Positions 20,145 to 30,941 of a stretch of DNA of 39,416 nucleotides are shown piece after piece. The position numbers and the translations under genes were made by a program. Numbering within the stretch: position 1 is the first letter of the stretch; every line of letters starts with the position of its first letter. The notes beneath the pieces are model-generated. The model was not told the DNA's origin. It made no database searches and saw only the letters and a list, made by a program, of their open reading frames with translations. Where the stretch lies: the sequence record SRR31156797_3024. One strand, written 5' to 3'.

Positions 20145-22079
20145 TTAAGAGGATTTGCGAACGCGCAAATACCACTCAGACAATAGTCTCACTTGTTTCT
20201 CTGTATAACCTTTCTCCATCATGCGAGCGACAAAGTTGTCGTGTTTCTTCTGATCTTCAGAAGAGGTTTTCGCATTGAAGGAAATGACAGGAAGCAACTC
20301 TTCAGTATTCGAGAACATTTTTTTCTCGATGACCGTACGCAATTTTTCGTAGCTGGTCCAAGCTGGATTACTACCGTTATTGTTTGCACGTGCGCGCAAT
20401 ACAAAGTTAACGATTTCATTTCGGAAATCTTTCGGATTACTAATACCAGCGGTTTTTTCGATTTTCTCCAATTCTCCATTGAGTGAAGCACGGTCAAACA
20501 GCTGACCGGTTTCTGGGTCACGGTACTCCTGATCTTGAATCCAGAAGTCCGCATAAGTGACGTAACGGTCGAAGATATTCTGGCCGTATTCAGAGTAAGA
20601 TTCTAAGTAAGCTGTTTGAATTTCTTTACCGATGAACTCTACGTAGCGCGGTACTAAGTACCCTTTGACAAATTCAAGGTAGCGATCAGCGGTTTCTTGT
20701 GGGAACTGCTCTCGTTCTACCTGCTGTTCAATTACATAGAACAGGTGTACTGGGTTTGCAGAGACTTCCACCTGATCAAAGTTGAATACACGTGACAGAA
20801 TTTTGAACGCGAAACGGGTAGAAAGTCCGGACATACCCTCGTCGACCCCAGCATAATCACGGTACTCTTGATAGCTTTTGGCTTTTGGATCCGTGTCTTT
20901 CAATGTCTCGCCATCATAGACGCGCATTTTAGAGAACAGAGAGGAGTTTTCCGGTATTTTTAAGCGCGACAGTACACTAAATTGAGCGAGCAGTTCTAAC
21001 GTACTTGGTGCACAAGGCGCTTGTGATAGTTCACTGTGCTCCAGCAGTTTCTCGTAGATTCTGACTTCCTCAGAAACACGTAAACAGTAAGGCACTTTAA
21101 CAATGTAAACACGGTCTAAGAACGCTTCGTTGTTTTTGTTGTTGCGGAAAGTTTGCCACTCGGACTCGTTAGAGTGAGCAAGTATCATTCCGTCAAAAGG
21201 TAATGCCGACAGGCCTTCAGTACCGTTATAGTTGCCTTCTTGAGTTGCAGTCAGTAGAGGATGCAGCACTTTAATCGGTGCTTTAAACATCTCAACGAAC
21301 TCCATCAAACCCTGGTTAGCACGACATAATGCGCCAGAATAGCTGTAGGCGTCTGGGTCATCCTGTGAAAAGTGTTCTAATTGGCGAATATCAACTTTAC
21401 CTACTAGCGACGAAATGTCCTGGTTGTTTTCATCACCGGGTTCGGTTTTAGCCACCGCCACTTGATCAAGAATCGATGGGCGAACTTTTACCACTTTAAA
21501 TTTGGTGATGTCACCGCCAAACTCATGCAGGCGTTTTGCCGCCCATGGAGACATAATCGATTTAACGTAACGTTTTTCTATGCCGTATTCTTGTTTGAGT
21601 AGATCGCCGTCTTCATTGACATCAAACAGGCAGAATGGATGGTCGTTCACTGGGCTACGTTGCCCATTGGCGGATAGCACATAGATGGGCATTTGTTGCA
21701 TTAGTGCTTTTAATTTTTCCGCCAGTGATGATTTACCACCACCCACAGGGCCAAGTAAATATAAAATCTGTTTGCGCTCTTCAAGACCTTGAGCTGCATG
21801 CTTTAGATAGGAAACGATTTGTTCAATCGAATCTTCCATTCCATAGAAGTCTTTGAACGTTTCGTAGCGCGAGATAACTCGGTTAGAAAAAATCCGACTT
21901 AAGCGTGGATCTTTGGATGTATCAATAAGTTCAGGTTCACCAATCGCGAGCAACAGACGCTCAGCGGCATTGGCGTATGCGCTTTTGTCGTCTTTACAAA
22001 GGTTTAAAAACTCTTGAATAGTTAGCTCTTCATCCTTGGCTGCTTCATAGCGTGCCTGAAAGTGGTCAAAAATACTCAT
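20145..22079 (-). CDS. yeaG: PrkA-family AAA+ ATPase / serine protein kinase YeaG
   Basis: 644 aa; LLGPVGGGKS Walker A, EPGDENNQD, EFVEMFK, AHSNESE. Confidence 0.96.
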   Translation of the reverse strand: MSIFDHFQARYEAAKDEELTIQEFLNLCKDDKSAYANAAERLLLAIGEPELIDTSKDPRLSRIFSNRVISRYETFKDFYGMEDSIEQIVSYLKHAAQGLEERKQILYLLGPVGGGKSSLAEKLKALMQQMPIYVLSANGQRSPVNDHPFCLFDVNEDGDLLKQEYGIEKRYVKSIMSPWAAKRLHEFGGDITKFKVVKVRPSILDQVAVAKTEPGDENNQDISSLVGKVDIRQLEHFSQDDPDAYSYSGALCRANQGLMEFVEMFKAPIKVLHPLLTATQEGNYNGTEGLSALPFDGMILAHSNESEWQTFRNNKNNEAFLDRVYIVKVPYCLRVSEEVRIYEKLLEHSELSQAPCAPSTLELLAQFSVLSRLKIPENSSLFSKMRVYDGETLKDTDPKAKSYQEYRDYAGVDEGMSGLSTRFAFKILSRVFNFDQVEVSANPVHLFYVIEQQVEREQFPQETADRYLEFVKGYLVPRYVEFIGKEIQTAYLESYSEYGQNIFDRYVTYADFWIQDQEYRDPETGQLFDRASLNGELEKIEKTAGISNPKDFRNEIVNFVLRARANNNGSNPAWTSYEKLRTVIEKKMFSNTEELLPVISFNAKTSSEDQKKHDNFVARMMEKGYTEKQVRLLSEWYLRVRKSS

Positions 22080-22144
22080 AGTGATTCCCCTCTAATAATG
22101 TCGCGAAGACATACAACCGCTTTACAACACAAATCCCTAACTCT

Positions 22145-22154
22145 TTAAGCCTAG
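22145..22154 (-). promoter_or_regulatory. Candidate RpoS-type -10 element of the yeaG-yeaH-ycgB operon
   Basis: The minus strand reads CTAGGCTTAA (C at -13, TAnnCT, TAA), about 65 nt upstream of the yeaG ATG. yeaG is RpoS-dependent in E. coli. Confidence 0.4.
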
Positions 22155-22395
22155 TTTGATATTTACGATTTTGCTTAGAGATTATGTATTTATTTCAATT
22201 TAGTGATAAAAAATTAAATTTGTCATTTTGACGTTTGCAGCCTTATTGAACTGTGCTTGTGGGTATCAAGTAGGAGATTAGATAACAAAAGAAGATTTTT
22301 TAAACAGAATAACTGGTTAACGTATTGTTAAACATGTTTTTGCTCCGTATCATGAGCGTAACGGATTGAAATTGCATAAGGAAATGATAATAACA

Positions 22396-23148
22396 ATGAA
22401 ACAATTCTATTTCTCCGCGTCAGCTGCTGCGTTGGTTCTGTTCTCATCTTCAACGTTTGCTGAAATGAATCAGTGGTCTCTTGGCGTGGCTGCTGCTTAT
22501 TCGCCAGCCGTGTACAAAGAGACACCTTCAAGCCGTGTTGTGATTCCTTTGATTGGTTATGAAGGAGAGCACCTGTTTTTGAGAGGCTTTACCGCTGGCT
22601 ATCGACTCTTTCCGAGGCGTTCCCCGCAAAATGTGACTTTCCGTTTGATGTACGACCCACGGACGCTAGATCCGGGTGATTCAGATAATGCGCAAATACG
22701 TTTGCTGGATAAACGTTCGTCCACAATTTTAGCTGGCGTGAGCTATCAACTGCGTACTCCAATCGGCTTATGGGAGACCTCTGCAGGTACGGATATTGGC
22801 GATACCCATAATGGTCTGTATGCGGAAACGGCTCTGCGCTTTCCGTTACGATTTGGTTCTTGGGGTGTCACACCAGGTATTGGTTACTCATACAATTCAA
22901 AGAGGTTAAATAACCACTTGTACGGTGTATCGAGTGAGGAAGCTGCTCGTAGTGGGTTGCCTGAGTTCGAAGCGGATTGGGATGGTCAGTATTTTATCGG
23001 TGCTTCAGCGTATTGGAGTGTGATGGATACGGTGCGGATTAACGGTAATGTCCGTTACACCAATCTTGAAGGTGATATTGAATCCAGCCCGATCATAGAG
23101 AGTGGCATCAGTACCACTGTTTCTCTCGGGATAGCCTATCTTTTCTAA
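22396..23148 (+). CDS. MipA/OmpV-family outer-membrane protein
   Basis: Signal peptide ending STFA, PLIGYEG, NNHLYGVS..EA..SGL, ESSPII and a C-terminal aromatic (AYLF); divergent from yeaG like E. coli mipA. Start uncertain (22384 or 22396). Confidence 0.85.
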   Translation: MKQFYFSASAAALVLFSSSTFAEMNQWSLGVAAAYSPAVYKETPSSRVVIPLIGYEGEHLFLRGFTAGYRLFPRRSPQNVTFRLMYDPRTLDPGDSDNAQIRLLDKRSSTILAGVSYQLRTPIGLWETSAGTDIGDTHNGLYAETALRFPLRFGSWGVTPGIGYSYNSKRLNNHLYGVSSEEAARSGLPEFEADWDGQYFIGASAYWSVMDTVRINGNVRYTNLEGDIESSPIIESGISTTVSLGIAYLF

Positions 23149-23162
23149 CCCTAAAAATGATA

Positions 23163-23188
23163 AAGGCGGGAATGTGTTATCCCGCCTT
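23163..23188. terminator. Hairpin/terminator between convergent mipA-like gene and yfbU
   Basis: AAGGCGGGA-ATGTGTTA-TCCCGCCTT. Confidence 0.7.
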
Positions 23189-23209
23189 GATTCTAACTCG
23201 ATAAATGAA

Positions 23210-23710
23210 CTAAGCGTTGAAGATTTGGCGCAGTTCATTGGCAGATAAGTGGTATTGGCGAGGGCAATGACGCCACGTTGCTAGCATACGACGGTATTTT
23301 TCAGCCATTGGCATTTGGCTATTAAAGTGGTGGTCACCTTTATCAAACTGAGGATACAAACCTTCAGAATCAACCAGAAAGCGTACGTAGTTAACCAATT
23401 GCCCTTCTGTTGCGATGTCATAGCCCAAGAAGTTTAAACGTCTAATGTCGACGTCTTTTTGAGCGTCTGCATTAAGCATTTTGTGTGATTCTTGCATTGC
23501 ATGGTACATCTCCATGATGTCAATGACTTCACGACACTGGTCTTCGCTTAAACAGCCAAATTCTTTATTTAATTCACACATTTGTAGCTCGTAACCACGT
23601 TCTACGATTTTTTGCAGACGCTTATATTTCGCTGAGTTCTCAGGGTCAAGCTGAGACATTAGAATGTATTGATTTGAAAGAATAAGACGTTGAGCGTTTG
23701 TCATTTCCAT
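23210..23710 (-). CDS. yfbU: YfbU (UPF0304) family protein
   Basis: [16 protein letters not shown]-terminus and [16 protein letters not shown] at 23710 follows GAGG. Confidence 0.9.
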   Translation of the reverse strand: MEMTNAQRLILSNQYILMSQLDPENSAKYKRLQKIVERGYELQMCELNKEFGCLSEDQCREVIDIMEMYHAMQESHKMLNADAQKDVDIRRLNFLGYDIATEGQLVNYVRFLVDSEGLYPQFDKGDHHFNSQMPMAEKYRRMLATWRHCPRQYHLSANELRQIFNA

Positions 23711-23833
23711 AAGTGGCCTCACTAAAACTAGTTATATTTTTGCTGAGTTAAGGTTAACAGTAATGCGCGACTGTGAAACATGATCTCAACACTGTTTTAA
23801 TACAGATAGTACATAAAACATGCACTAGAGTGA

Positions 23834-24499
23834 CTATTTTTTGTGATGGTGATTATAAATATAATCCCTGTCGGAGAAGACTCGCAGCCATTCCGGCTTA
23901 AACACCGACAGAATTGCTAGCGACATTCCGTTCAATAGGCCTTCTGGAAATGCCAGCAAAGGAACAAATATCAGGTAGTTATCAAGAATGGTTTTCCAGT
24001 CATGCTGCCCTAGATTCAGTTGATAGCCAGCGTTGATCAGTAGATGAAGGCTTCCAGTTACCCCGCCGTTAAAGAATCCAGCGATAAAGATGAATACAAA
24101 AATATTTCGAGGAAGATAGTGGTAACTGATTGAAAACACAACATATGAAATAACAATGGGTAACAGGCAAGACAACAGCAGGTATTCCGGCAGACCAAAC
24201 AGCGAGATTTTACCCACGATCACCAGAGCCAATGAGACGGGAATGGTGAGGATAAATGAACAACGCCAACCAAACATCATGGTTAAAGTGGTCAATGCGA
24301 GGAAGTGGATCGTCAGTCCTTCCTTGACGCTCGCTTGCGCTGACCAAAGTAACAACAAAGCGAACAGAACACTGTAGGTTAAGTGTTGAAAAGATTTCTC
24401 GCTTTTGAACTTTGGCCAAAAGGCGGTTTTTACGTCTCTAAAAGCCACGATGGTAAAAATCATGACTATCATTAAAGAAGCCAGTTCCTGTAGCTGCAC
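23834..24499 (-). CDS. Orphan energy-coupling-factor (CbiM-like) permease / membrane protein
   Basis: About 6-7 TM segments; GLTIHFL, PRNIFVFIFIAGF, FPEGLLNG..L..FKPEW motifs. GTG start with AAGGA RBS. Confidence 0.7.
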   Translation of the reverse strand: MQLQELASLMIVMIFTIVAFRDVKTAFWPKFKSEKSFQHLTYSVLFALLLLWSAQASVKEGLTIHFLALTTLTMMFGWRCSFILTIPVSLALVIVGKISLFGLPEYLLLSCLLPIVISYVVFSISYHYLPRNIFVFIFIAGFFNGGVTGSLHLLINAGYQLNLGQHDWKTILDNYLIFVPLLAFPEGLLNGMSLAILSVFKPEWLRVFSDRDYIYNHHHKK

Positions 24500-24528
24500 G
24501 ACATGTCCTTGTTACGTTTATTGAATAT

Positions 24529-24561
24529 AAAAAAGCCAGCTGATATCAGCTGGCATTTTTT
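24529..24561 (-). terminator. Intrinsic terminator of pflA
   Basis: Perfect 20-bp palindrome GCCAGCTGATATCAGCTGGC (24535-24554) flanked by A- and T-runs. Confidence 0.8.
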
Positions 24562-24583
24562 AACATTTGAGGCGAAGAGTGAA

Positions 24584-25324
24584 TTAGTATTTTACGTTTG
24601 AGTGATATTGCTCAAGAACCGATACAATTCTATCCATGGTTTCTTTGCTTGGTGGTTGTACACCTTCTAAAGGATACTCTTCACCCATTGCTTCCCACTT
24701 GTGTGCACCTAACTTATGGTACGGCAACAGCTCGATTTTCTCGATGTTATCCATATCCTTGATGAATTGTCCCAATTGATGTGCCGACTCATCGTCGTCG
24801 GTATAGCCGGGAACAATCACATAACGTAACCACGTTGTTTGGCCAATTTTGTGTAGGTAGCGAGCAAAATCAAGCGTGCGTTTATTAGACACACCCACCA
24901 AATCTTGGTGAATCAGATCGTTGATCTGTTTGATATCAAGCATCACTAAATCTGAGACTTCGAGCACTTCATCAATGACCGGAGTAAACTTGCGAATGTA
25001 GCCATTGGTGTCTAGGCAAGTATGGATACCTTCGTCTTTTGCCGCGCGGAAAAAGTCTCTGACAAACTCTGGTTGAAGCATGGCTTCGCCGCCTGAACAC
25101 GTCACACCACCACCAGAAGCGTTCATAAAGTGGCGATAGGACTTAGCTTCGTTGATGATCTCTTCGACCGTGACAACTTTACCTTCATGGGTATCCCAAG
25201 TATCGCGATTGTGGCAGTACTTACAACGGAATAAGCAACCTTGAAGAAATACGATAAAGCGAATCCCAGGGCCATCAACCGTTCCACAAGATTCGAATGA
25301 GTGAATTCGACCAGAAGTAGACAT
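24584..25324 (-). CDS. pflA: Pyruvate formate-lyase activating enzyme (radical SAM)
   Basis: [19 protein letters not shown] (CxxxCxxC), [12 protein letters not shown]. Confidence 0.97.
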   Translation of the reverse strand: MSTSGRIHSFESCGTVDGPGIRFIVFLQGCLFRCKYCHNRDTWDTHEGKVVTVEEIINEAKSYRHFMNASGGGVTCSGGEAMLQPEFVRDFFRAAKDEGIHTCLDTNGYIRKFTPVIDEVLEVSDLVMLDIKQINDLIHQDLVGVSNKRTLDFARYLHKIGQTTWLRYVIVPGYTDDDESAHQLGQFIKDMDNIEKIELLPYHKLGAHKWEAMGEEYPLEGVQPPSKETMDRIVSVLEQYHSNVKY

Positions 25325-25548
25325 GTGTTGCTCTCAATTGTGTAATTTAGATGTCATTTTATTACAAATAGTAAGGATTAAATAGGATTTCCTTATTTTA
25401 TTCAGGCTTAGAATAATTCGTTTAAAAAAACATCGAACTCTGTGATGATGAGTGATATAACAAAAAATATTATTAATAAAAGTGTAAACATAACACTTGG
25501 GTTTTTCTTGATGTCAATAGTCACAGGGTAGTGACGAGGAAGATAAAC

Positions 25549-27429
25549 ATGGATGTACTAAAACTATCTCAAAAACAAAAAATCACACTATTTATTGTCG
25601 TTCTTTGTATTGGCTTTATTAGCCTTGGGCTTTATACCGCAACGAGTTTGTCCGGTATGGGGACCCAATATAAACAAAGTTCGACGATCACTTCGGGTGC
25701 ATTAGCTATGCACTCTACTCAAGCCGATTTATTGTCACTGGCCTCAGAAAAAGAGAGTCTAACCGCTGACCAAGTGGCTCAAGCAACCGCAACCCTAGAG
25801 GATTTGATTCAGAATGTTCAAGCGGATGTTTCGTTTCTTGAGCAAATAAATTTTGCTGCTGAAGCAGAACAACTACAGCAAGTCACAACCCAGTTTGCCC
25901 AATCATTGAAGCCTTGGATGACCTTAAACTCTGAGCTGGGTTTTAATGTTGAGGAAGGCAAGCTGGGAGAGTTGAAGACTCTCGCTACAACGATTGAAAA
26001 GAAAATCGAAGAGACGGGGATGGTGACCCTCAATTCAGATTTTCAAGCGATGATTAAAGCTCAGCAAAACTACCTGCTGCAACCTAGCGAACAGAATTTA
26101 AAATTGTTTAACCGGGCAATGTTCGGCTTTATAAACATGTCAAAAACTTATGCGATGCTTGATCTTTATGAAAAAGAGGTTGAGCAGTTTAAAGCGACTT
26201 TCTTACGTGTCAGTGAGCTTTCTCAGCAAGTAAAAGAGCAAGAACAATTACTTACTGCAAGTGAAATACAAGCGAAGAATTTGATTCAACAACTGTCGCT
26301 GCAAATAGAGCAGATGAGTGAAGACTATCAGTTAGCAGCAGAGCAGTCTGGTGTGCAGACTCAGTGGTCGGTTTTAGTGGCTTGTGCGGTACTGGCGATA
26401 ATCACCATTTCAATCTTTGTTATGTTAAGCATTTCTCTTACTCGTTCTTTAACTCAGACCAAAACCGTGATGGAACGCTTATCTCAAGGGGATTTGTCAC
26501 AACGTATGGTCATTTCAAATAATCCGAATGATGAGTTTAACCAGCTTGCGCTAGCGATTAATCAAAGTTGTGAACGTTTGGGGGAATTGGTGAAGGGCGT
26601 ACAGCAGAGTAGTGAAGCCCTTTCTGGTGACGCAGCTCAGCTTAACAACGGAATTGATGATTTAGTGAATGGCCAGTCGGATGTGTTAGGTCAGACTCAG
26701 TTACTTGCGTCAGCGACGGAAGAGGTGAGTGTTACAACCCATGAAGTTTCGAATTCATTAACTTTTGTCGCTGATGTGAGTAAGTCTTCGACGGAAGCGG
26801 CAGAGAATGGCGCAAAAATCATTGCTTCAGCGATTGGGTCTTTGGAAGAAGTGGGTGGCATTCTTAGTTCCGCTGCTGGAAACATCCAGCAACTAGAACA
26901 AGCGTCGAGTAAGATCGATTCTGTCATGGATATCATTAACAGTATCGCGGAACAAACCAATTTACTTGCTCTAAACGCCGCAATTGAAGCGGCTCGCGCG
27001 GGTGAGCAGGGCAGAGGTTTCGCCGTGGTTGCTGATGAAGTTCGTAGCTTAGCAGTACGTACTGTAAGCGCGGTTACTGAGATTTCGGGTACGATCGAAA
27101 CGATGAAAAAAGAGAGCTCTGAAGTGATTGGCAAATTCAGCCAGTCGGAACAGACGATGCTCGTTGGGCAAGAGCGTGGTCATGAAGCGATGCAGGCTCT
27201 GTCACAGATTACAGAGAAAGCGGGTGAAGCGGCACACCAAACAGAAGTGATTGTTGATTCAATCAAAGAGCTTGCGACGACGAGTCAATCAATGGCAGAC
27301 AACATGGCGCAAATATCCGTTGCGATGAAAGAGCTTGAAGGGAACAACGAGCATTTACGTTCGATCAGTCACGTAGTTGACCAGCGCTCTTCTGAACTCA
27401 ACACCGATTGTCAGAAATTTAAACTTTAA
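25549..27429 (+). CDS. Methyl-accepting chemotaxis protein
   Basis: Two TM segments, helical periplasmic domain, HAMP (GDLSQR..DEFNQLA), [37 protein letters not shown] at 25549 follows GAGGA. Confidence 0.95.
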   Translation: MDVLKLSQKQKITLFIVVLCIGFISLGLYTATSLSGMGTQYKQSSTITSGALAMHSTQADLLSLASEKESLTADQVAQATATLEDLIQNVQADVSFLEQINFAAEAEQLQQVTTQFAQSLKPWMTLNSELGFNVEEGKLGELKTLATTIEKKIEETGMVTLNSDFQAMIKAQQNYLLQPSEQNLKLFNRAMFGFINMSKTYAMLDLYEKEVEQFKATFLRVSELSQQVKEQEQLLTASEIQAKNLIQQLSLQIEQMSEDYQLAAEQSGVQTQWSVLVACAVLAIITISIFVMLSISLTRSLTQTKTVMERLSQGDLSQRMVISNNPNDEFNQLALAINQSCERLGELVKGVQQSSEALSGDAAQLNNGIDDLVNGQSDVLGQTQLLASATEEVSVTTHEVSNSLTFVADVSKSSTEAAENGAKIIASAIGSLEEVGGILSSAAGNIQQLEQASSKIDSVMDIINSIAEQTNLLALNAAIEAARAGEQGRGFAVVADEVRSLAVRTVSAVTEISGTIETMKKESSEVIGKFSQSEQTMLVGQERGHEAMQALSQITEKAGEAAHQTEVIVDSIKELATTSQSMADNMAQISVAMKELEGNNEHLRSISHVVDQRSSELNTDCQKFKL

Positions 27430-27450
27430 TCGTTAAGTTTGACTGAGATA

Positions 27451-27480
27451 TAAGCCCTGCAAGTCAATCTGCAGGGCTTA
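27451..27480. terminator. Bidirectional terminator (MCP / lpxR)
   Basis: TAAGCCCTGCA-AGTCAATC-TGCAGGGCTTA. Confidence 0.8.
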
Positions 27481-27487
27481 TTGGTAA

Positions 27488-28474
27488 TTAAAAGAAGGCG
27501 TAAAAAGAGACGCCTCCCGTACCGTGGATCGTCGTTGAGTTTTGTTTGTATTCTGATGTCGTCGCGGTGGAGGTAAATGTAAATCCAAAATGACGGCTAT
27601 ACCATGCGGCCCCGACTACAGCGGTGGCTTGCCAAGGCTCAAGAGTCACAGCGTAATAACTGGCTGGATACTCTAGATCATCCAGAGGTCGCTCTCCCTC
27701 AATCGTAATATCATTGAAGCGATATCGTCCCTCTACCCCTCCAAATACAAACCAACCGTAGCCTGAATCACCGATCATTCCTGCTTTAAATGGGTTTTCG
27801 ACAGAAATCTGCGCACTACCAAAGTTACCAGCGAGATCTTGTCCCCAACGAACCATAAACCCTGTCGCTGCATCGCTGCGGTAGTTACCTATATTGACTT
27901 CAGAAATATTGGAAATCTCAAAATCCGTGCTCAGGGTGAAACGACGGCGTACCAGATTAAAGTGAGATAAATAACCGACACTACCCACTACCTTGTCTTC
28001 AATCTGATAGGCCCAGCCATTAGGGTCATCAGACTTGGTTATGGAATGGACGATTTGTTGTGCTTCTTCTGACATCGCGTTTTCGCCCGTAGTGCCTATG
28101 GTTAAGTTGAAGCGTTGGGCTTGTTGAGGGTGTAGGCTGATGTAGTTGAACTCACTGTGCAGATAGCCCGCATAAGGTCTTTCATTAGGTTGTGGGGTAT
28201 CTAAGGTTATATCAGAGGGTGTCCACATTTTGTGTCCAATACTGACTTCCCATTTATCTAGGCTAGTCGCCCCCCATGCTGAAAGGCTCAGTGGTCGAGT
28301 CAACCAATTCGGTCTAATTGCACCAGAGGTATAAGAAAGAAAAATACCGCTTGTGTAGTCCTGATCAACACCATAAATCCCGTCGTTATCGACATTTAAT
28401 GCAAGGGTAGGATGTTGAGAGCCGAACGCGGGTAAACTTAGCAGCAGTAAAGGTAAAGTTCGGAGTAAATTCAT
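27488..28474 (-). CDS. lpxR: Lipid A 3'-O-deacylase LpxR-family outer-membrane protein
   Basis: Signal peptide, DND..DQDYTSG, GHKMWTP, ERPYAGYL, GWAYQI and a terminal Phe. ATG at 28474 preferred. Confidence 0.85.
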   Translation of the reverse strand: MNLLRTLPLLLLSLPAFGSQHPTLALNVDNDGIYGVDQDYTSGIFLSYTSGAIRPNWLTRPLSLSAWGATSLDKWEVSIGHKMWTPSDITLDTPQPNERPYAGYLHSEFNYISLHPQQAQRFNLTIGTTGENAMSEEAQQIVHSITKSDDPNGWAYQIEDKVVGSVGYLSHFNLVRRRFTLSTDFEISNISEVNIGNYRSDAATGFMVRWGQDLAGNFGSAQISVENPFKAGMIGDSGYGWFVFGGVEGRYRFNDITIEGERPLDDLEYPASYYAVTLEPWQATAVVGAAWYSRHFGFTFTSTATTSEYKQNSTTIHGTGGVSFYAFF

Positions 28475-28610
28475 AATGATACAACTAAAGGACAACAGAG
28501 CGCTGATGTTACAGTATTCGCACTAATATGACGAGTTGCCACGTTGTAAGGTGAGAGGTATAGGACAAATGCATTCGCAGCTAATTATCTGAATGGTAAA
28601 ACTAAATAAC

Positions 28611-28636
28611 AAAAGCCCCCGCATTAGCGAGGGCTT
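28611..28636 (-). terminator. Intrinsic terminator of pflB
   Basis: The minus strand reads AAGCCCTCGC-TAAT-GCGGGGGCTTTTGTT. Confidence 0.8.
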
Positions 28637-28661
28637 GGTAGCTCATAATTTAAGCAAAGTC

Positions 28662-30941
28662 TTACAGTGACTCTGTGAATGTACGAGCGATAACGTCAGC
28701 TTGCTGTTCTGTAGTCAGAGAGTTGAAACGTACAGCGTATCCAGATACACGGATAGTTAGCTGAGGATATTTCTCTGGGTGTTTAACTGCGTCTTCTAGA
28801 GTTTCGCGGTTAAGAACGTTAACGTTTAGGTGTTGACCACCCTCTAGTTTGCCAGCTTCGTGGTGGAAGTAACCATCCATTAGACCCGCAAGGTTAGCAC
28901 GTTGGCTAGTTTCTTCTTTACCTAGTGCGTTTGGCACGATAGAGAATGTGTAAGAGATACCATCTTGAGCATCAGCAAACGGTAGTTTCGCTACTGAAGT
29001 CAATGATGCTACTGCACCTTTCTCATCACGGCCGTGCATTGGGTTTGCACCTGGAGCAAATGGAGTACCTGCGCGGCGACCATCTGGAGTGTTACCAGTT
29101 TTCTTACCGTACACAACGTTTGAAGTGATAGTAAGGATAGACTGAGTAGGAACAGCGTCACGGTAAGTCTTAAGCTCACGGATCTTGTTCATAAATACAG
29201 TCACTAGTTCACAAGCGATGTCATCAACACGTGGGTCGTTGTTACCGAATTTAGGGTAGTCGCCTTCGATTTCAAAGTCGATTGCTAGACCATCTTCGTC
29301 ACGAATAGGTTTAACTTTAGCGAACTTGATTGCTGATAGTGAGTCAGCTGCAACAGATAGACCAGCGATACCACAAGCCATAGTACGTTTAACGTCACGG
29401 TCGTGTAAAGCCATTAGAGATGCTTCGTAGCTGTACTTGTCGTGCATGAAGTGGATGCTGTTTAGTGCAGTCACGTACTGCTTAGCAAGCCAATCCATGA
29501 AGTGGTCCATTTTTTCCCACAACTCGTTGTAATCTAGGTATTCACCTTCGATCTTGTCCATCTTAGGACCAACCTGAATCTTCAGCTTCTCATCGATACC
29601 GCCGTTGATTGTGTAAAGCATAGTTTTAGCAAGGTTAGCGCGAGCACCGAAGAACTGCATTTGCTTACCAACAACCATTGGAGATACACAACAAGCGATA
29701 GCATAGTCGTCAGAGTTCATGTCTGGACGCATTAGATCGTCGTTTTCGTACTGGATAGAAGAAGTATCGATAGATACTTTTGCACAGAAACGTTTGAAAC
29801 CATCTGGAAGTGCTTCAGACCAAAGAACAGTGATGTTTGGCTCTGGAGAAGGACCCATAGTGTATAGGCTGTTTAGGAAACGGAAGTTAGAACGCGTTAC
29901 TAGCGTACGACCGTCAAGACCCATACCACCCATAGATTCTGTTGCCCAGATTGGGTCGCCAGAGAATAGCTCATCGTACTCAGGAGTACGTAGGAAACGA
30001 ACCATACGTAGTTTCATTACGAAGTGGTCGATCATTTCTTGAGCTTGAGCTTCAGTTAGCTTGCCTGCAGCGATATCACGCTCGATGTACACGTCTAGGA
30101 ACGTAGAAGTACGGCCTAGAGACATTGCAGCACCGTTTTGAGACTTAACAGCAGCTAGGTAGCCGAAGTAAGTCCATTGGACAGCTTCTTGTGCAGTTTG
30201 AGCTGGACCAGAAATATCGAAACCGTATTTCGCAGCCATTTGTTTGATTTGACCAAGAGCACGGTGTTGCTCAGCAATTTCTTCACGAAGTTGCATAGTC
30301 ATGTGAAGGTCTTCACCGTTCTCAAAACGCTCTTGTAGAGACGTGAATTGAGCCAGTTTGTCCTTCATTAGGAAGTCGATACCGTAAAGTGCAACACGAC
30401 GGTAGTCACCGATGATACGACCACGGCCGTACGCATCTGGAAGACCAGTTAGTACACCAGACTTACGACATGCAAGGATGTCAGGAGTGTAGATATCGAA
30501 AACACCAGCGTTGTGCGTTTTACGGTATTCTGTGTAGATTTTTTTAACTTGTGGGTCTAATTCGCGGTCGTAAGCTTTGCAAGAACCTTCAACCATACGG
30601 ATACCACCGTTAGGGATGATTGCACGCTTAAGAGGCGCATCAGTTTGAAGACCAACAATAGTTTCAAGATCTTTTTCGATGTAGCCTGCATCGTGAGCAG
30701 TGATGGTAGAGATAACAGAAGTATCAAAATCTACAGGAGCGTGAGTAGAGTTCTCCTGTTTAATGCCTTCCATTACTTTAGCCCAAAGCGTGTTAGTCGC
30801 TTCAGTTCCTTCAGAAACTAGGAAAGATTCGTCACCCTCGTACGGAGTGTAGTTCTTTTGAATGAAATCACGAACGTTTACTTCGTTTTGCCACTCACCT
30901 GCAGCAAAACCTTCCCAAGCTTTAGCAAATTGCTCTGCCAT
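28662..30941 (-). CDS. pflB: Pyruvate formate-lyase (formate C-acetyltransferase)
   Basis: IACCVS catalytic Cys pair and TIRVSGYAV glycyl-radical motif; 759 aa; AAGGTAGGT RBS. Confidence 0.98.
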   Translation of the reverse strand: MAEQFAKAWEGFAAGEWQNEVNVRDFIQKNYTPYEGDESFLVSEGTEATNTLWAKVMEGIKQENSTHAPVDFDTSVISTITAHDAGYIEKDLETIVGLQTDAPLKRAIIPNGGIRMVEGSCKAYDRELDPQVKKIYTEYRKTHNAGVFDIYTPDILACRKSGVLTGLPDAYGRGRIIGDYRRVALYGIDFLMKDKLAQFTSLQERFENGEDLHMTMQLREEIAEQHRALGQIKQMAAKYGFDISGPAQTAQEAVQWTYFGYLAAVKSQNGAAMSLGRTSTFLDVYIERDIAAGKLTEAQAQEMIDHFVMKLRMVRFLRTPEYDELFSGDPIWATESMGGMGLDGRTLVTRSNFRFLNSLYTMGPSPEPNITVLWSEALPDGFKRFCAKVSIDTSSIQYENDDLMRPDMNSDDYAIACCVSPMVVGKQMQFFGARANLAKTMLYTINGGIDEKLKIQVGPKMDKIEGEYLDYNELWEKMDHFMDWLAKQYVTALNSIHFMHDKYSYEASLMALHDRDVKRTMACGIAGLSVAADSLSAIKFAKVKPIRDEDGLAIDFEIEGDYPKFGNNDPRVDDIACELVTVFMNKIRELKTYRDAVPTQSILTITSNVVYGKKTGNTPDGRRAGTPFAPGANPMHGRDEKGAVASLTSVAKLPFADAQDGISYTFSIVPNALGKEETSQRANLAGLMDGYFHHEAGKLEGGQHLNVNVLNRETLEDAVKHPEKYPQLTIRVSGYAVRFNSLTTEQQADVIARTFTESL

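Noticed and set aside
23772-23788. CRP site upstream of yfbU (TGTGA-AACATGA-TCTCA)
   Set aside because: The spacer is 7 bp, not the required 6.
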